From Basidiobolus meristosporus CBS 931.73 (taxonomy: Eukaryota > Fungi > Basidiobolomycota): a DNA stretch of 64,000 bases. The stretch's first letter is position 1. Every line of letters begins with the position of its first letter. The DNA is taken from assembly GCA_002104905.1 (NCBI GenBank), contig MCFE01000262.1, positions 1-64,000 of the forward strand, written 5' to 3'. The notes under the pieces were generated by a model, which worked only from the letters and a program-made list of their open reading frames with translations, ran no database searches and was not told the origin of the DNA. Shown in pieces: positions 1 to 12,420 of this stretch. Position numbers and translations under genes: made by a program.

Positions 1-200
1 GTAAAATATTGTCAAGTTTTATCCCTTTATTTGGTTGTAAAATTAGCAAAACACCATCATGATCCCATCATAAGTTTGTTGGGATGGTCACTAACTCCAA
101 GCTGCTGGTATTATGACGGTCTCTAAATGGGATCCTGATGGCTGATCTGGATTGGATCTACCAACAGGACCATGTTATTCTTCATCAGGGGTCCTTCACT
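1..200 (+). repeat. 3' tail fragment of the CACTA-like repeat family
   Basis: Aligns by eye with 3040-3200 (ccttta tttgg...aaattagcaaaa...actccaagctgctggtatt) and in reverse with 25200-25340. Confidence 0.6.
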
Positions 201-1540
201 GCTACTTCATCTGAGTGCTTCATGAGTGATACAACACTTTTTCCTTGATAAATGTTGAGCTGGTGAATCTGTGTCTGCCTGCTTGTCCCTCATTGGCACT
301 CTGCCAGCTACCTGATGTCTCTTTGATGCTGGTCTGGAGCTTTAGGCCCTGCTTGTAGTGGGCTCTTGAGGAAGCTGCTGGTTTTTAGTGATGGCACCCT
401 TGTTTGTCTGCCTTTGATAGTTTCTGCTATTCTTGAGATACTAGATTTGTTGCGTTGGATAGTGCCACATTGAGCCATGAGTGCCAAATGATGCCATAGA
501 GTGCCAGAGAGGCCAAATGAGCCTATACTGGGCCACAGAGTGTGAAACATAGACCTGCATCTTCATGCAAAGCAGCCCCTGTGTTTCACCTATGATGCAG
601 GAGAAATTCCATTTTTTGATGCTTTTTTGTGGATCAATGTTGTGCAGGATGTGTAAGAGCACAGAAGAACTGAAGACATTCATCAGGTTCTCAATACCCA
701 TGGCACTCTGAATCTAGCTCCTGTGGCTTGTAACCTGTCACAACAATGCATGGCACTATCTTGGTCCACTGGTACTATCTGGCACTATAAGTGCTTTGTA
801 TTGATCTTACTTTTGGGCTAATATTTCAATATAGTGCCAGATAGTACCAGTGGACCAAGATAGTGCCATGCATTGTTGTGACAGGTTACAAGCCACAGGA
901 GCTAGATTCAGGGTGCCATGGGTACTGAGTACCAAATGCATATTTTCAATCCTTTTGCGCTCTTACACATCCTGCACAAAATTGACGTAAAAAAAGGTCA
1001 AAAAATGGATTTTCTCCAGCACCATTGGTGAAACACAGGGGCTGCTTTGCATGAAGATGCAGATCTATGTTTCACACTCTGTGGCCAAGTATAGGTTCAC
1101 TTAGCCTCCCTGGCACACTATGGCATCATCTGGCACTCATGGCTCAATGTGGCACTATCCAACAGAACAAGTCTACTTTCTAGCATACCAATGCTGGCCC
1201 AAGATCTGTTTGCCTGTTTAAATCCAGGATAATGCTAGACTTCTGACAGCCTCTTGAATATTAGCCCACTCTTTATTGGTGTACTCAACAGACTCACAGA
1301 TCTTCAATGTATTTTGGTTTTCAGGCTTCTGTATAGACCCCACATTGTCTCCCTCCCACACTGTGATAAGTTTTTCTGCGGGTTTATCTTTGCGCACTGT
1401 TGTGCTTCAAAGACTTTACAGTGCTCCTCTTTTGTTAAATTAGGAAATGGCTCAATTCTTGGCAGTGACATTGAGCTACTTGAGCTCTTTCTTTGCAGCA
1501 AAATTACAGCTTTCTCTAACTGGGATATTGATTACTCTAT
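200..1540 (-). pseudogene. Degenerate ORF of an unclassified repeat family, interrupted by MITE copy 1
   Basis: 215-295 aligns with 35275-35365; both translate on the minus strand to TFIKEKCxxTxEA. Family not recognised. Confidence 0.35.
443..1174. mobile_element. Foldback MITE copy 1 (732 bp; ~345-bp inverted arms, 40-bp spacer), putative PHIS/Pangu non-autonomous element
   Basis: Arms 443-789 and 830-1174 are reverse complements. Termini AGA(T/C)TTGTT...AACAAGTCT. 3-bp TSD ACT at 440-442 and 1175-1177. Confidence 0.9.
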
Positions 1541-3200
1541 ATGTTTTATCTGCTCTTCCAGTTTCTTCCCAACAATATCCCTATGCTGATGACCAAGTTG
1601 TACATGGGGTATTTCAAGCTAAATGAGTCCTTTGAGATTCTGGAGAATTTGAAAGAATTGGCAAAATATCACAGAGTATCCACTACCCTAAGTACTTTTC
1701 ACAGGCTCCAATTAATATTCATATGCATATGCAACAATACAAATGCAAACACTGGATGAACTGGATATGTATTTATTCAAGTGGGGTTCTGAAGCCATTC
1801 CTACCAAGAGTACACTGAGAGTCTTTGGAGTCATATATGGACATTGTAGGAATACTTATACAGAAGAGGATCACCAATGCCAACTTGATGCATCTAAAGC
1901 TGCTCCGCAAGGATTCTGTAACAGGATTTGAGTGGCTATACTACAAACATAAAGCTGAATAAATAGATATCTGCTGCTACTGTATCTAATCTTTACTCCA
2001 TCTTGCTTGGTGTATGGAGAATATTGGGCCTTGCTTAATCTTTTGGGAGTTTCCAATGGAGTGGATGTGTGGGAGATAGAAAGACAAGTCAAGTTGCAGG
2101 TACTAGCATATACCAATCTCATCAACAATATTACCTTCAGATTTGTCATGGATGTGATGAGTTGGCACATGGAGGACTTCCAGAAAGAGTGGGAAAATAC
2201 TGAGGAGAGAAGTACACATAGAGACACCTATGCCTATGGCATTAAGCAGCTAAGCAGCCCCAATGTGCAGGTAAGCAGTTAAGTAATGCAAAGCTAGGTT
2301 GGGTCCAACCAGCAACTAATTTTATTGGGAAAACTCTACAAAGAAATGCAAGCTTTCTCAAGGTTGCAAGCCAACTTCTAAACTGTTCAATATGCAACTC
2401 AAACTAACAAGAGCCAGAGCAAACCTATACGTGGGACTAGAATCCAGCAGGGAGAAGGAATATATTGGCCAAACACCAAGAAGTTGTTTGCAGATATTCA
2501 GGAGGTATTTATGGTAGATGTGGCAACATCCAAGCATATGTTCACAGGAGGTATATTTTATCAGCTGTACAAGGTATATGGCAACTTTGCAAGTATCACA
2601 CTAAAAGCTGTAAAGTTGAGGTGAAGGAAGTATGTAAATTGCAGCAAGTGTGTGCATTTGTGGAGGTTAGCAAGCAGGAGGCCATAGTTTTTTTTGATGC
2701 AAGGTGTAAGTGGAATACCCAAGGTAGTAGTGGGTAAGCTGATAAAGAAGGATGATTCTACAGTGAAATATATGAACCACACAAGGGGAGGTAGAAAAAG
2801 TAAATACTATTTGGCAAATTGGCACAGTAGCATTATAAAGAACTAGCTGTAGGCTGCCATAAGGCCGTAATAATGCCATCAGCATCCTGCTGTGAGGCTG
2901 CTGAAATACTGTCAGGTTTTTTTGCCATATAAGGCAATTGGATGGCTGGGCAGGTTAGATCCAGGTAAAATATCTGTTAAGCACATTAAGACTGCAACAA
3001 TGCCATGCAATTATTGTCACAGCACCAATCAAACTCCATCAAGTTATATACCTTTATTTGGCAGAAAATTAGCAAAATGCTGTTGGGATCCTGCCACAAG
3101 AATGTCAAGAGGGTCACTGACTCCAAGCTGCTGGTATTGTGACTATATTCAAACAGGAACCTCATGGCTGAGTAGGATTTGATCCTCCTGGAGGACCAAA
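1540..3200 (+). pseudogene. CACTA/EnSpm-like transposase relic, copy A (C-terminal half, DUF4218-like region)
   Basis: Frameshifted translation PKYFSQAPINIHMHMQQYKCKHWMNWICIYS and LHLAWCMENIGPCLIFWEFPME matches fungal CACTA transposase motifs (RNI..H...FKAEEW..W; HYLLH...I...GP.W..WQFPMER). Confidence 0.75.
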
Positions 3201-3239
3201 TTATTTTTTATAGGGTACTGAAGATAAGTAACATAAAGT

Positions 3240-5071
3240 TATTGCATTCTTGAATGCCAAGCTGTTTGCCTCATTGACAAGACTACCCTAGCTTGATGCC
3301 ATAAGAAAAGGGAAAACCCATAGTCCAAATACTGTAACATGCCTCTTGGCCATGCAGCACACACATGGCCTATAAAGCACTAGACAGATCACAGACATTG
3401 TTTTGCCACACAAGTCATATTTGAGCATTCATCAGTAACACTGAACTAACAGGATCTTGCCTGCCACTTGAAGCTTCTATAAAAGCACCTTGTCCTACTT
3501 GTCACCTTGTGCAAGCCTATTTGGCTGAGTTTCTGATGTTCTTTGGCACACCACAGCCTTCTAAGTATGACCAGTGGAGCAATAGCCATGAAGCAGCAGC
3601 TCACTGTTGGATTGCAAATCTATATTCCAACAAAACAGTACTCTGCATGAGCCTGGCAAAATTTAAATAGCCAATGAGACAACACCTGCATAAGCTCATG
3701 CAGACCAACAAGTATTGTGAATCTCTCAAGTACTTCACCCTGATGAATTAAGCATATATATGGCAAGCATATTTGAGGTCTATTATTACAAACAACTAAG
3801 AAGCAAGGGCCGCTCCAAAGGCACTTATGACTATCTCTTTGCCTTGACACTTGCTGGACTCTCACCAAACAAGTATGCTGCCAGCAGATTCTGCAGGCCA
3901 CCAATTCTCAGCAACCTGAAACTGTTTCCAAAATTCTTGTATGAGTAGAAATTCATTGGCAGTCTCACTGATAAATGAGTTTAAATCAGTGTCAAATGCA
4001 GATAGTTACCTATATTCATTGCAGGATGAATCTTGAATGCTATCAAGCAGCATACTCGTAAATGATTGTCATGTCAAAGTGCATATGGTACTCTGTGTAG
4101 CAGATTTCCCAGCCATCAGCAAGATAGCTGGCTTTTCTGGGCACAATGGATAGAGTTGCTGTTAAATGTGCAAGATCTAGGGGATTTACTCCATAACTCA
4201 TATGCATTTTGATTAACCCAACACCATTACCAAGAAAATCACCTTTGAACATAGAGAGCATGCAGAAATCAGCATGCAACTGCAGCAAAGCTTACAAGCA
4301 AGAAGCCATTGGCCAGAATAGTGAATCAATCCAAAGCTAGATATACCAAAGATGGGTTATTGGTTGGAGCAAAAGATTTCCCCTGGGAGCAATGAATTTC
4401 CTTTCAACAATGTCCCTCTACTAACAAGCAGGTTATACATAGGGTATTTTAAGCTGTACAAACTCTTTGGATACCAGCAAGACTTGAAAATGGCAAGATA
4501 TCATAGAGCATACACTACCCAAAGCACTTCTCACAAGCTGCAATCAATATTCATATGCATATGCAAAAATACAAATGTATGGTCTGGATGAGCAGGATAT
4601 GTATTTATTCAATTGGCCATCTGAGATAATATGGGCGCAGAGTACATTGGAAGCATTGGGTGCTGTATATAGGCATTGTTGAAATATTTATCCAGAAGTG
4701 GATCACAACTTCCATCTTGACACATCTTCAGGGCTTATATTAGTAATTTGTGATGGGATTTGAGCACCTATACTACATGCATAAAGCTGAATGTGCATCT
4801 CTGCTACTCCTGCATCCACTATGTACTCATATTGCTTAGACTGTGGAGACTATTGGCCTTCCTTCATCTTTTGAGAGTTTTCTATTGAGCATATATGTGG
4901 TGAGGTTTGAAGATAAGCCCACTTACAGGAACTACCATATCCCAATCTCATTATGAGTTGTAACTTTGAGTTCATCATGGCTCTGGTAAGTTGGCAAATG
5001 GAGGACAGCCAGGAATAGTTTGAAAATACTGAGTACAGATGTGCACATGGAGACAGCTGTGCATTCAGCAT
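3240..5071 (+). pseudogene. CACTA/EnSpm-like (Tnp2/Transposase_21) transposase relic, copy B; host of Gypsy-1, resumes at 10794-10850
   Basis: 4080-4170 translates HMVLCVADFPAISKIAGFSGHNG*SCC*MCK (Tnp2 motif xDxPAxxKxxxFSGHN..CRxC). Sequence across the AGCAT TSD aligns with copy A at 2221-2270. Confidence 0.8.
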
Positions 5072-5744
5072 TGTGAGTTATTACTGACTGTACTTGGTGA
5101 GTGGGAGAGCTTGTAGGTCAAGTCAGTACCACTTGGTTCAGAATAGCTTCTTATAGAAGGTAGCAAGGTAATAAAGACTTCTGTTTATTTCGTCCAAATC
5201 TTGTTGTTCTTCCTGGTTCAATTGGATAGATATATATATCACTTGGGGGGGCTTAGACAATAGACAATGTGTTATAAAATAGGGGTGTGAACACCTTCCT
5301 GTTATGGTAAGTGTTCTAACTAGATAAGGGCAGGGATAGGAGGGGAGGACGTGTGGGGGAATCATAGGGAGGGTACTGGAGGACTTCAGGTAGGACTCTG
5401 GAGGGAACTCTTGGGAGAACTCTTGGGCAAAGAGTGGGTACTACATTGAGTACTCACATATCCCGGGGGTTAAGTGGGAGCTTTGTCCTCAAAGTTCTTT
5501 GACTAACTCGCTTCTCCAGGATCAATTTTGTTTACGGAGCATCTTGGTTCTTGCTAGTGGGAGGGGTATTGCCAGTTTTGGGTGAACTGTTTCCTTCGGC
5601 ACTTTCCATATGCATTCTTTTGTTCTCCCCTTTGGGCAAACTCCCTTGCGCATATTATTTGTACCTATATCGACTAAAATCTCCTCTAATAAACTTTGAA
5701 TGTATCCCATGTCTTCCTCTATCCTTATCCTGATAATTGTTTAA

Positions 5745-7127
5745 TCACACTTCGGTCTCAGTGATGATCAGTGGATCATCATGAAACGGTTTCAGATGGG
5801 CTGGCGCTATGTTGCTGATTGTCTTATTATTCAGGGTGATGGTGTACTTTGGTCTGTGGTCCAAACTGATAACGGTGCATGGGCCAATCCATTGGGGTGT
5901 AAATTGTGGGCGGAACTTGAGGCCTGCAACGGTTTGGTTGTACCACACCTTATTGCCTGGTTTCCACTTTTGTCTCGTTAGTTTCTCATTTTTGGGTGGA
6001 GGGGGAAGGTGCTTGTCGACATTTTCGAATACTTTTATGTATAGGTGGGCGATACGGTGTATCAACCTTTCTATATAGTCGTTATGTGTTGTCAGGGGGA
6101 CACCTTCCATCGTTAATCCAGCTTCCTCCTGCCACTTTGGTCTTTGTCCATATAGGATTTCATATGGGGAGAAACCCGTCGTTTTATTTGGTGTGGTGCG
6201 CATTGCTAGGAGTGTCAGTGGGAGCAGCTCGGCCCATGATTGGGGAAGTTCCCAGTGAAGCTTCTCCAGTATGCGGCAACACGTCTGGTTCATCCTCTCG
6301 GTTAATCCGTTAGTCTGGGGGTGATACGTGGCCGTGAAGACTTGTTTCACGCCCATCATTTTGCACAGGTGGGCCACAGTGTCATTCAGGAAGGAACCAT
6401 CATTGTCGGACAGGAGTATCTGAGGATATCCGTGTCGGCAGATGAGGTGTTCTAGAATGAATCAGGCGGTTGTCTTCTGATCTTTATTGCGGACGGCTTG
6501 GGCTTCTACCCACTTTGAGAAATAATCGGTAGCAATTATTATGTATTGTTCTCCTTTCTTTGTTTTCATAAAGGGGCCAACAAAGTCAATCCCTACTTGG
6601 TGGAAGGGCAGGTCAACCGGTATTGGTGCGGTTGTCCCTATCTTCTGACTCCGGTTGAATCTTTCGCAAGTGGTGCATCTTTGTAATGTATTTGTAATGT
6701 CGGTCATCATTTTTTGCCAATAAAACATTTTTCTTAACATCTTATATGTTGTTAGGGGGTTAGCGTGTCCTAATGACATATGTCTTTCTCGTATGATTTC
6801 TTCACGGGCTGCTAGTGGGGGTACCTCAGCTCTGGACTGTCCTTGGAGGAACCATAGTCGATTTTCTTGTACTTTGTACTGACACCATTTCCTTTGAAAT
6901 TCTCTCTTCTGTTTGTTTGTAACAACGTGTTTGGGATACCTCCCTTTCTTTTTAAAGCAGATTACGTCCTTGTACTCATCACTGACATGTATTTGGCAAA
7001 CGGGATAGCGACTGAGGAAGTCTGCGTCCTGGTGTTTCTTGCCAGCGCGGTGAATTATTTCAAAGTCGTATTGCTGTAGTTGTAGGGCCCAACGTGCTAG
7101 TCGGCCGGTAAAGTCTTTAGTTTTCAT
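5745..7127 (-). pseudogene. Gypsy-1 integrase (zinc-binding, rve core, GPY/F), split
   Basis: HxxxxH..CxxC; GIDFVGP..IIIATDYFSKWVEA; YHPQTNGLTERMN; PQWIGPCTV. Confidence 0.92.
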
Positions 7128-7256
7128 CAGCCAGACCAGTGCACTGTGGTCCGTTACTATTGTGAATCGGCAACCATGTATGTATGTATAGAATTGTTTA
7201 ATTGAATAAACAACAGCCAGACATTCTATCTTGGTAACGGGGTAGTGGCGTTTGTG

Positions 7257-9521
7257 TTAGTTTAGCAAACGGCTCACGTAACCAATTGGGTGGAATTCGG
7301 CGGGTTGGTGGTATTGTCCCAGTACGGTGCCTATACCGGTGAGGCTTCCATCACAGTTAATAAAAAATCTCGCATCCCAATTGGGAAATTGTAACACTGG
7401 CAGTGACGTCAGGGAATGTTTCAGCTGATCAAATGCTCTCTTTTGAGGCTCCAACCATACAAAACACTGGCCCTTTTGCGTCAATTTGTATAGGGGGGCT
7501 GCTATTGTCGCAAAGTTTTTGACAAAGCGGCAATAGTAGCCGGCTAATCCTAGGAATCACAACACTGCATTAATGTCCTTTGGTGCAGGTGCATTTTGAA
7601 CGGCTTTCAGGAGTGACGTAGATGGGTATATTCCATCTGCCGAGATCTCGTGGCCCAGGAACAACAATTTCATATACAGGAAATGGCACTTCTTGGGATG
7701 TAGTTTGAGTTGGTTCTCAAGGAGGGATGTCAGGATACATTGCACGTTGTGTATATGTTCTTCTACATTGGGGGAATATATTGTGATGTCGTCCAGATAC
7801 ACAAGGGCGCATTCCCATCGTAGATTTCCTAGCACCTTGTTGATCATCCTTTGGAACGTAGCGGGGGCATTGCACAAGCCAAAGGGTAGTTGGTTCCATT
7901 TGTATAATCCAAACGATGTTATAAAAGCGGTTTTGGGTCGATCTTCCGGGGCTACTTCTACTTGCCAATACCCGGAGATTAAGTCAAGAGAGCTAAAATA
8001 TTTAGCTCCGATTAATCTGTCCAAGAGGTCGTCTATTTGCGGTAGCGGATACACATCCTTCCAGGTGACGGCGTTCAATTTCCGGTAGTCGATGCAAAAG
8101 CGTCGCTTTCCGTCTTTCTTTGGGACTATCACTACGGGGGAGGCCCACGGAGACTGGCTCTCTGTAATGATGTCGTCTTTTAATAAAGTTTCAATCGTCT
8201 CTTTGATATAGTCTGTGTCAATTTTCGAATTCCTATAGGCTTTTTGCTTGATGGGGTATTTGTCGGCAAGGTGGATTTGGTGATATACCCTAGGTATATG
8301 ACCAATTACTTGGTTCTTAGAGAATACTTGGGCAAGCGGACGTATTCCTTCTAGGAATTTGTCTCGTAAAGTAGGCGGTAGACCGGGGTCCACATCTAGT
8401 TTGGGTAGTTCTGCTTCTGGTTCTTTGTTTGGAGGTGGTCCTTGGTCGTTTCCGTTGACTTCCTCTAAGTTTAACAATGGCACTCCTCTAGGCAATGTCA
8501 CCGTGTGTTGCCCATTGTTAACCACTAAGCATTTCAGGCTTTGCGTTTCAAATTTTGGTGGTATCCATACTTTAGGGATCAAGATTCCTTCCAGTTGCTT
8601 GGATGCTTTTGCTGCGGTTATCATTCTTCCGCTTGTTGAATAAGCTATTGGTGTTTCTAATGAGATCACCGTCTCACTGGCGGGTGGTATTTTTATCACC
8701 TTTCGTGTGATGATTGGAGACTGCAACGGTTTCACCTCTTCGATTGTCACACTGTTGCTACGCGCCTTGCTCTCATCGGTGATATGAATCAGTGGGATAC
8801 TCTCGGTATCCCACCTGAGTTCAGATGCACTGTAAAGTATATCCATCTTATGTTGGATAAACCAACTCTCGCCAATGAGTAAGTTGTTGGCTGCGACGGG
8901 TAGGACCACAACATCTTGGCGTATTATCAAGTTGCCTAGCCAAATGGGGCAATTAGGCACCACACCTACCGTTGTATCCAGTTGGTCATTTGCTAGCCGT
9001 ACTCAAATGGTGTTGTTGGGGACTATATTTAGTTTTAGACGTTTCGCTAATGACTCTGACATGATCAACATAGAGGATCCTGTGTTGATAAGGGCAAGAA
9101 TCTCCTTATTCTCTATATGTACCTTTACGTATGTACCTTTATTTGGTTTTTGCAGGACCATCTGGTTGACATGGAGGGTTGTTATCTCCTTCAATCCCTC
9201 TATCAGTTCCTTGACTAGAGCCGGGGCCAGTCCCAGTAAATTGGTTATTGGGAGGGTTGCCTTGGTTTGCTCTAGTACCTTCATTATGGGGAATAGGCCA
9301 TGGGAAGACGTGCTAGCGTTCTTCGTTCGCTTTAACACTTCTTCCCAAGGTTCATTCCATACTTCTTCACCTAATTCCGCGCTCTTTCCTTTTGACGGAA
9401 CCTCTACTACAGGTTCCTTTGCCTCCTCTCTAGAAGCATCATGTCGACGCTTCTTCTTCCGCACTTCGATTGTCCTGACCGGAGGGCTTAGATTGACTGA
9501 GTCCCGTTGGCCTCCTGGCAA
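7257..9521 (-). pseudogene. Gypsy-1 aspartic protease, reverse transcriptase and RNase H, split
   Basis: LALINTGSS (catalytic D reads N); SPWASPVVIVPKKDGKRRFCIDYRKLN; LVYLDDI; FFINCDGSLTGIGTVL. Confidence 0.93.
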
Positions 9522-9559
9522 GGGACTCTGTCTTTTGACGCCTTCTTCTCTTTTGTGTC

Positions 9560-10360
9560 CGGTACGGCTTCTCTTCCGTACCGTTTTTCACATTCATGGG
9601 CCTGGTGACCTACTTGTCCACACACATAACACGGATACTGTTGTCGCGGTCGTTCCATCTGTTGGGTCAGGACTTGAACCTGGGCCTTTAGATCTACGAC
9701 AGCTTCCCAGAGTTTATCACCTTCTTTGGGGACTTCTTGGACATTGTTGATTGAGAGTTCTTGGACCTTTCGCCGTAATTCCTCTAACTTACGGTCTTTT
9801 GGGGAGGCGATTTTTCCTTTCTTACGGGGGATCCCTGTCCTTTGATCATTTGTATCACTATAGGGTAGCCCTCATAGCAAGATGACCCCTTGTACTTGTT
9901 CGACCAACTCTTGCAACGTTTTACATCCCTGTTGTTCTTCGGACGCCCTACGTCTTATTTTGTCGTCTAAGCCCATGATGTAATACCTCATGAGCTGTTG
10001 TTTGGCAATTTCATCCTTTGGGAGACATCAAACTCGTTGGAGAAACAGTTCAGTGTAGGCTTCATAGCTTTCACTGCTTTTCTTCTGCGAGGACAGTAGA
10101 AGGGCTTCGTAGTGGTATCCTTCGGCATATAGAAAGCGTGTCTTGTAGGCTTCTTCTAGTGCATCCCAGTCGTCTTTGACTGCGTCTTCCAACCCATAAT
10201 GCCATCGCCATGCTGACCCTTCCATATGTCTTGCGAACTCTCTTACTTTCTTATTGTTGTCCCATCCTGCATCAACCGCAACTCTCTCAAACTTATCAAA
10301 CCACTCAAGGGCTTTCTCTCTCTTTCCCTTGTATGTCTTTAGTTTGATTGTAGTAGTCAT
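9560..10360 (-). pseudogene. Gypsy-1 gag (retrotransposon gag plus frameshifted zinc knuckle)
   Basis: ALEWFDKFERVAVDAGWD..MEGSAWRW; CGQVGHQAHEC near 9590-9625. Confidence 0.8.
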
Positions 10361-10379
10361 TACCTCACTTGTGCTTATT

Positions 10380-10397
10380 TCCGCAGAGAGGGCACCA
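10380..10397 (-). promoter_or_regulatory. Gypsy-1 primer-binding site (18 nt), probably tRNA-Thr
   Basis: Minus strand TGGTGCCCTCTCTGCGGA begins 4 nt from the 5' LTR and is complementary to a tRNA 3' end ...AGAGGGCACCA. The tRNA identity is inferred from similarity to fungal tRNA-Thr acceptor stems. Confidence 0.7.
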
Positions 10398-10851
10398 AAT
10401 ATGTGGGTTATTACTGACTGTACTTGGTGAGTGGGAGAGCTTGTAGGTCAAGTCAGTACCACTTGGTTCAGAATAGCTTCCGATAGAAGGTAGCAAGGTA
10501 ATAAAGACTTCTGTTTATTTTGTCCAAATCTTGTTGTTCTTCCTGGTTCAATTGGATAGATATATATATCACTTGGGGGGGCTTAGACAATAGACAATGT
10601 GTTATAAAATAGGGGTGTGAGCACCTTCCTATTATGGTAAGTGTTCTAACTAGATAAGGGCAGGGATGGGAGGGGAGGACGCGTGGGGGAATCATAGGGA
10701 GGGTACTGGAGGACTTTGGGTAGGACTCTGGAGGGAACTCTTGGGAGAACTCTTGGGCAAAGAGTGGGTACTACATTGAGTACTCACAAGCATTACAATG
10801 ATAAGCAGCCTCAATGTGTAGTTAATCAGTACAGTGATGCAGAGATGGGGT

Positions 10852-11423
10852 AGAAAATCCATTTTTTGACCTTTGTTTTAGGTCAATGTTGTACAGGATG
10901 TGTGAGTGCACAAAAGGACTGAAGTTATGCATCTGGTACTCAATACCCATGGCACTCTGAATCTAGCTCCTGTGGCTTGTAACCTGTCACAACAATGCAT
11001 GGCACTATCTTGGTCCACTGGTACTATCTGGCACTATATTTAATTATTAGCCCTAAAGTAAGATCAATACAAAGAACTTATAGGGCCAGATAGTACCAGT
11101 GGACCAAGATAGAGCCATGCATTTTTGTGACATGTTACAAGCCACAGGAGTTAGATTCAGAGTGCCATGAGTATTGAGTACCAGATGCATATCTTCAGTC
11201 CTTTTGTGCACTCACACATCCTGTACAACATTGACCTAAAAAAAAGGTCAAAAAATGGATTTTCTCCAACACAGTGGGTGAAACACAGTGGCTACTTTGC
11301 ATGAAGATGCAGAGCTATGCTGCACACTCTGTGGCCAAGTGTAGGCTCACTTGGCCCCCTGGCACTCTATGGCATCATTTGGCACTCATGGCTCAATATG
11401 GCACAATCCAACAGAACAAGTCT
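10852..11423. mobile_element. Foldback MITE copy 2, left arm truncated
   Basis: Same arms and spacer as copy 1, with the spacer inverted. Intact right end AACAAGTCT followed by AGT (ANT). Confidence 0.85.
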
Positions 11424-11426
11424 AGT

Positions 11427-12420
11427 ATGTGCTGTGATAAGTGTTTCAGAATGCCCTCAAAATCTTGTTTGAGAGCTGCCCAAATACTGTCAATCTTTGG
11501 CATTTATATAGTGGTAGATTCAGCAAAAAACAGCCACAACCCTGAGGGAACTGTTATGTTGTAGTATGAGCAGTTTGGGGCTTGTTCTATGATGTAAAGA
11601 CTAATCAATAATAAACAATAACTTCCAGTATGCTAATATTAAAACAGTTTATTGGGAGCTTGATATACCAATAAAAGATATAACTTACAACAATATCCAT
11701 AATCTTAGGCTCAAAATATACTATAGGCAGTGTTGCTCACTTCTACAGCTGTGTTCTGACCTTCTGTTGACTATTGGGCTTATTTACTTTTATAGCAACC
11801 TCTCCCTTTTTGACGGCCACTATCCTTTCTGGGAAAATATTTCCTAGTATATAAGTTCTGAACTCCCCTTTAACCTTAAGGGGTGTGGTGTAGAAGTCTC
11901 TAAAGGGGTGTCTAAAGGGGCGTCTTTAGAGTAAAGTAAATTCCCAGAGGGGACTTTTCCAACCAAAAAGAGGCAGTTTTCTTGTAGAACTTGGATTTGA
12001 TTCTTGTGAGCTTTGCATTCACTTTATTGATGTAGTACCACTCAAAGTCTGAATACTCAATAGTGCAAGAGATGTAGGTGAAGGCTTATAGCTGTTAAAT
12101 TTGTAATTGTAGTGTGGAGATTCTGGAAAGAGAGGCTCTACTTTATTTTTCAGCTGGGGAAGTCATATATGACAGTTCTGAGGGATCAAAGATCTTAGGC
12201 CATTGCACAAGCAATACATATGAAAGAAAGCTAAAATTTTGCTGTGGCCTAGATCAGACATAGGCACAGCACCTGTGCAAATGTAATGTGACTTGATTGA
12301 CTGGTTCAAAAGCTACACACAGTTGAAGTAACCAGAGTAATCCTAGCAATAGAGGACTAGTATATTTGATAATTGAACTCTTATGATCATAACTCCTGAA
12401 GTACTCCTTCAAATGAGCTG
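11427..12420 (-). mobile_element. Second, diverged copy of the 5' part of the PHIS element (ORF2 and transposase N-terminus)
   Basis: 11560-12415 aligns with 32710-33712. Shared minus-strand peptide CTIEYSDFEWYYINKVNAKLTRIKSKFYKK vs CTVEYSDFDWCYISKETAKLTRIQFKFYKK. Confidence 0.65.

Larger units (their letters stand above)
5072..10788 (-). mobile_element. Full-length Ty3/gypsy LTR retrotransposon (Gypsy-1), youngest-looking element in the window
   Basis: LTRs 5072-5458 and 10402-10788 (387 bp, TG..CA, 10 mismatches counted). 5-bp TSD AGCAT at 5067-5071 and 10789-10793. Order gag-PR-RT-RH-IN on the minus strand, broken by stops and frameshifts. Confidence 0.97.

Noticed and set aside
443-1174. 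CRISPR-like or satellite array
   Set aside because: No repeat-spacer structure; it is a TIR foldback element with TSDs.
5522-5710. Possible chromodomain after Gypsy-1 integrase (EEILVD..ECIW..PKETV)
   Set aside because: Lies in a separate frame after the integrase stop; the core (Y/F)LVKWKG motif is absent; resemblance is too weak.
10380-10397. tRNA gene
   Set aside because: Only the 18-nt 3' end including CCA, i.e. a retrotransposon PBS.
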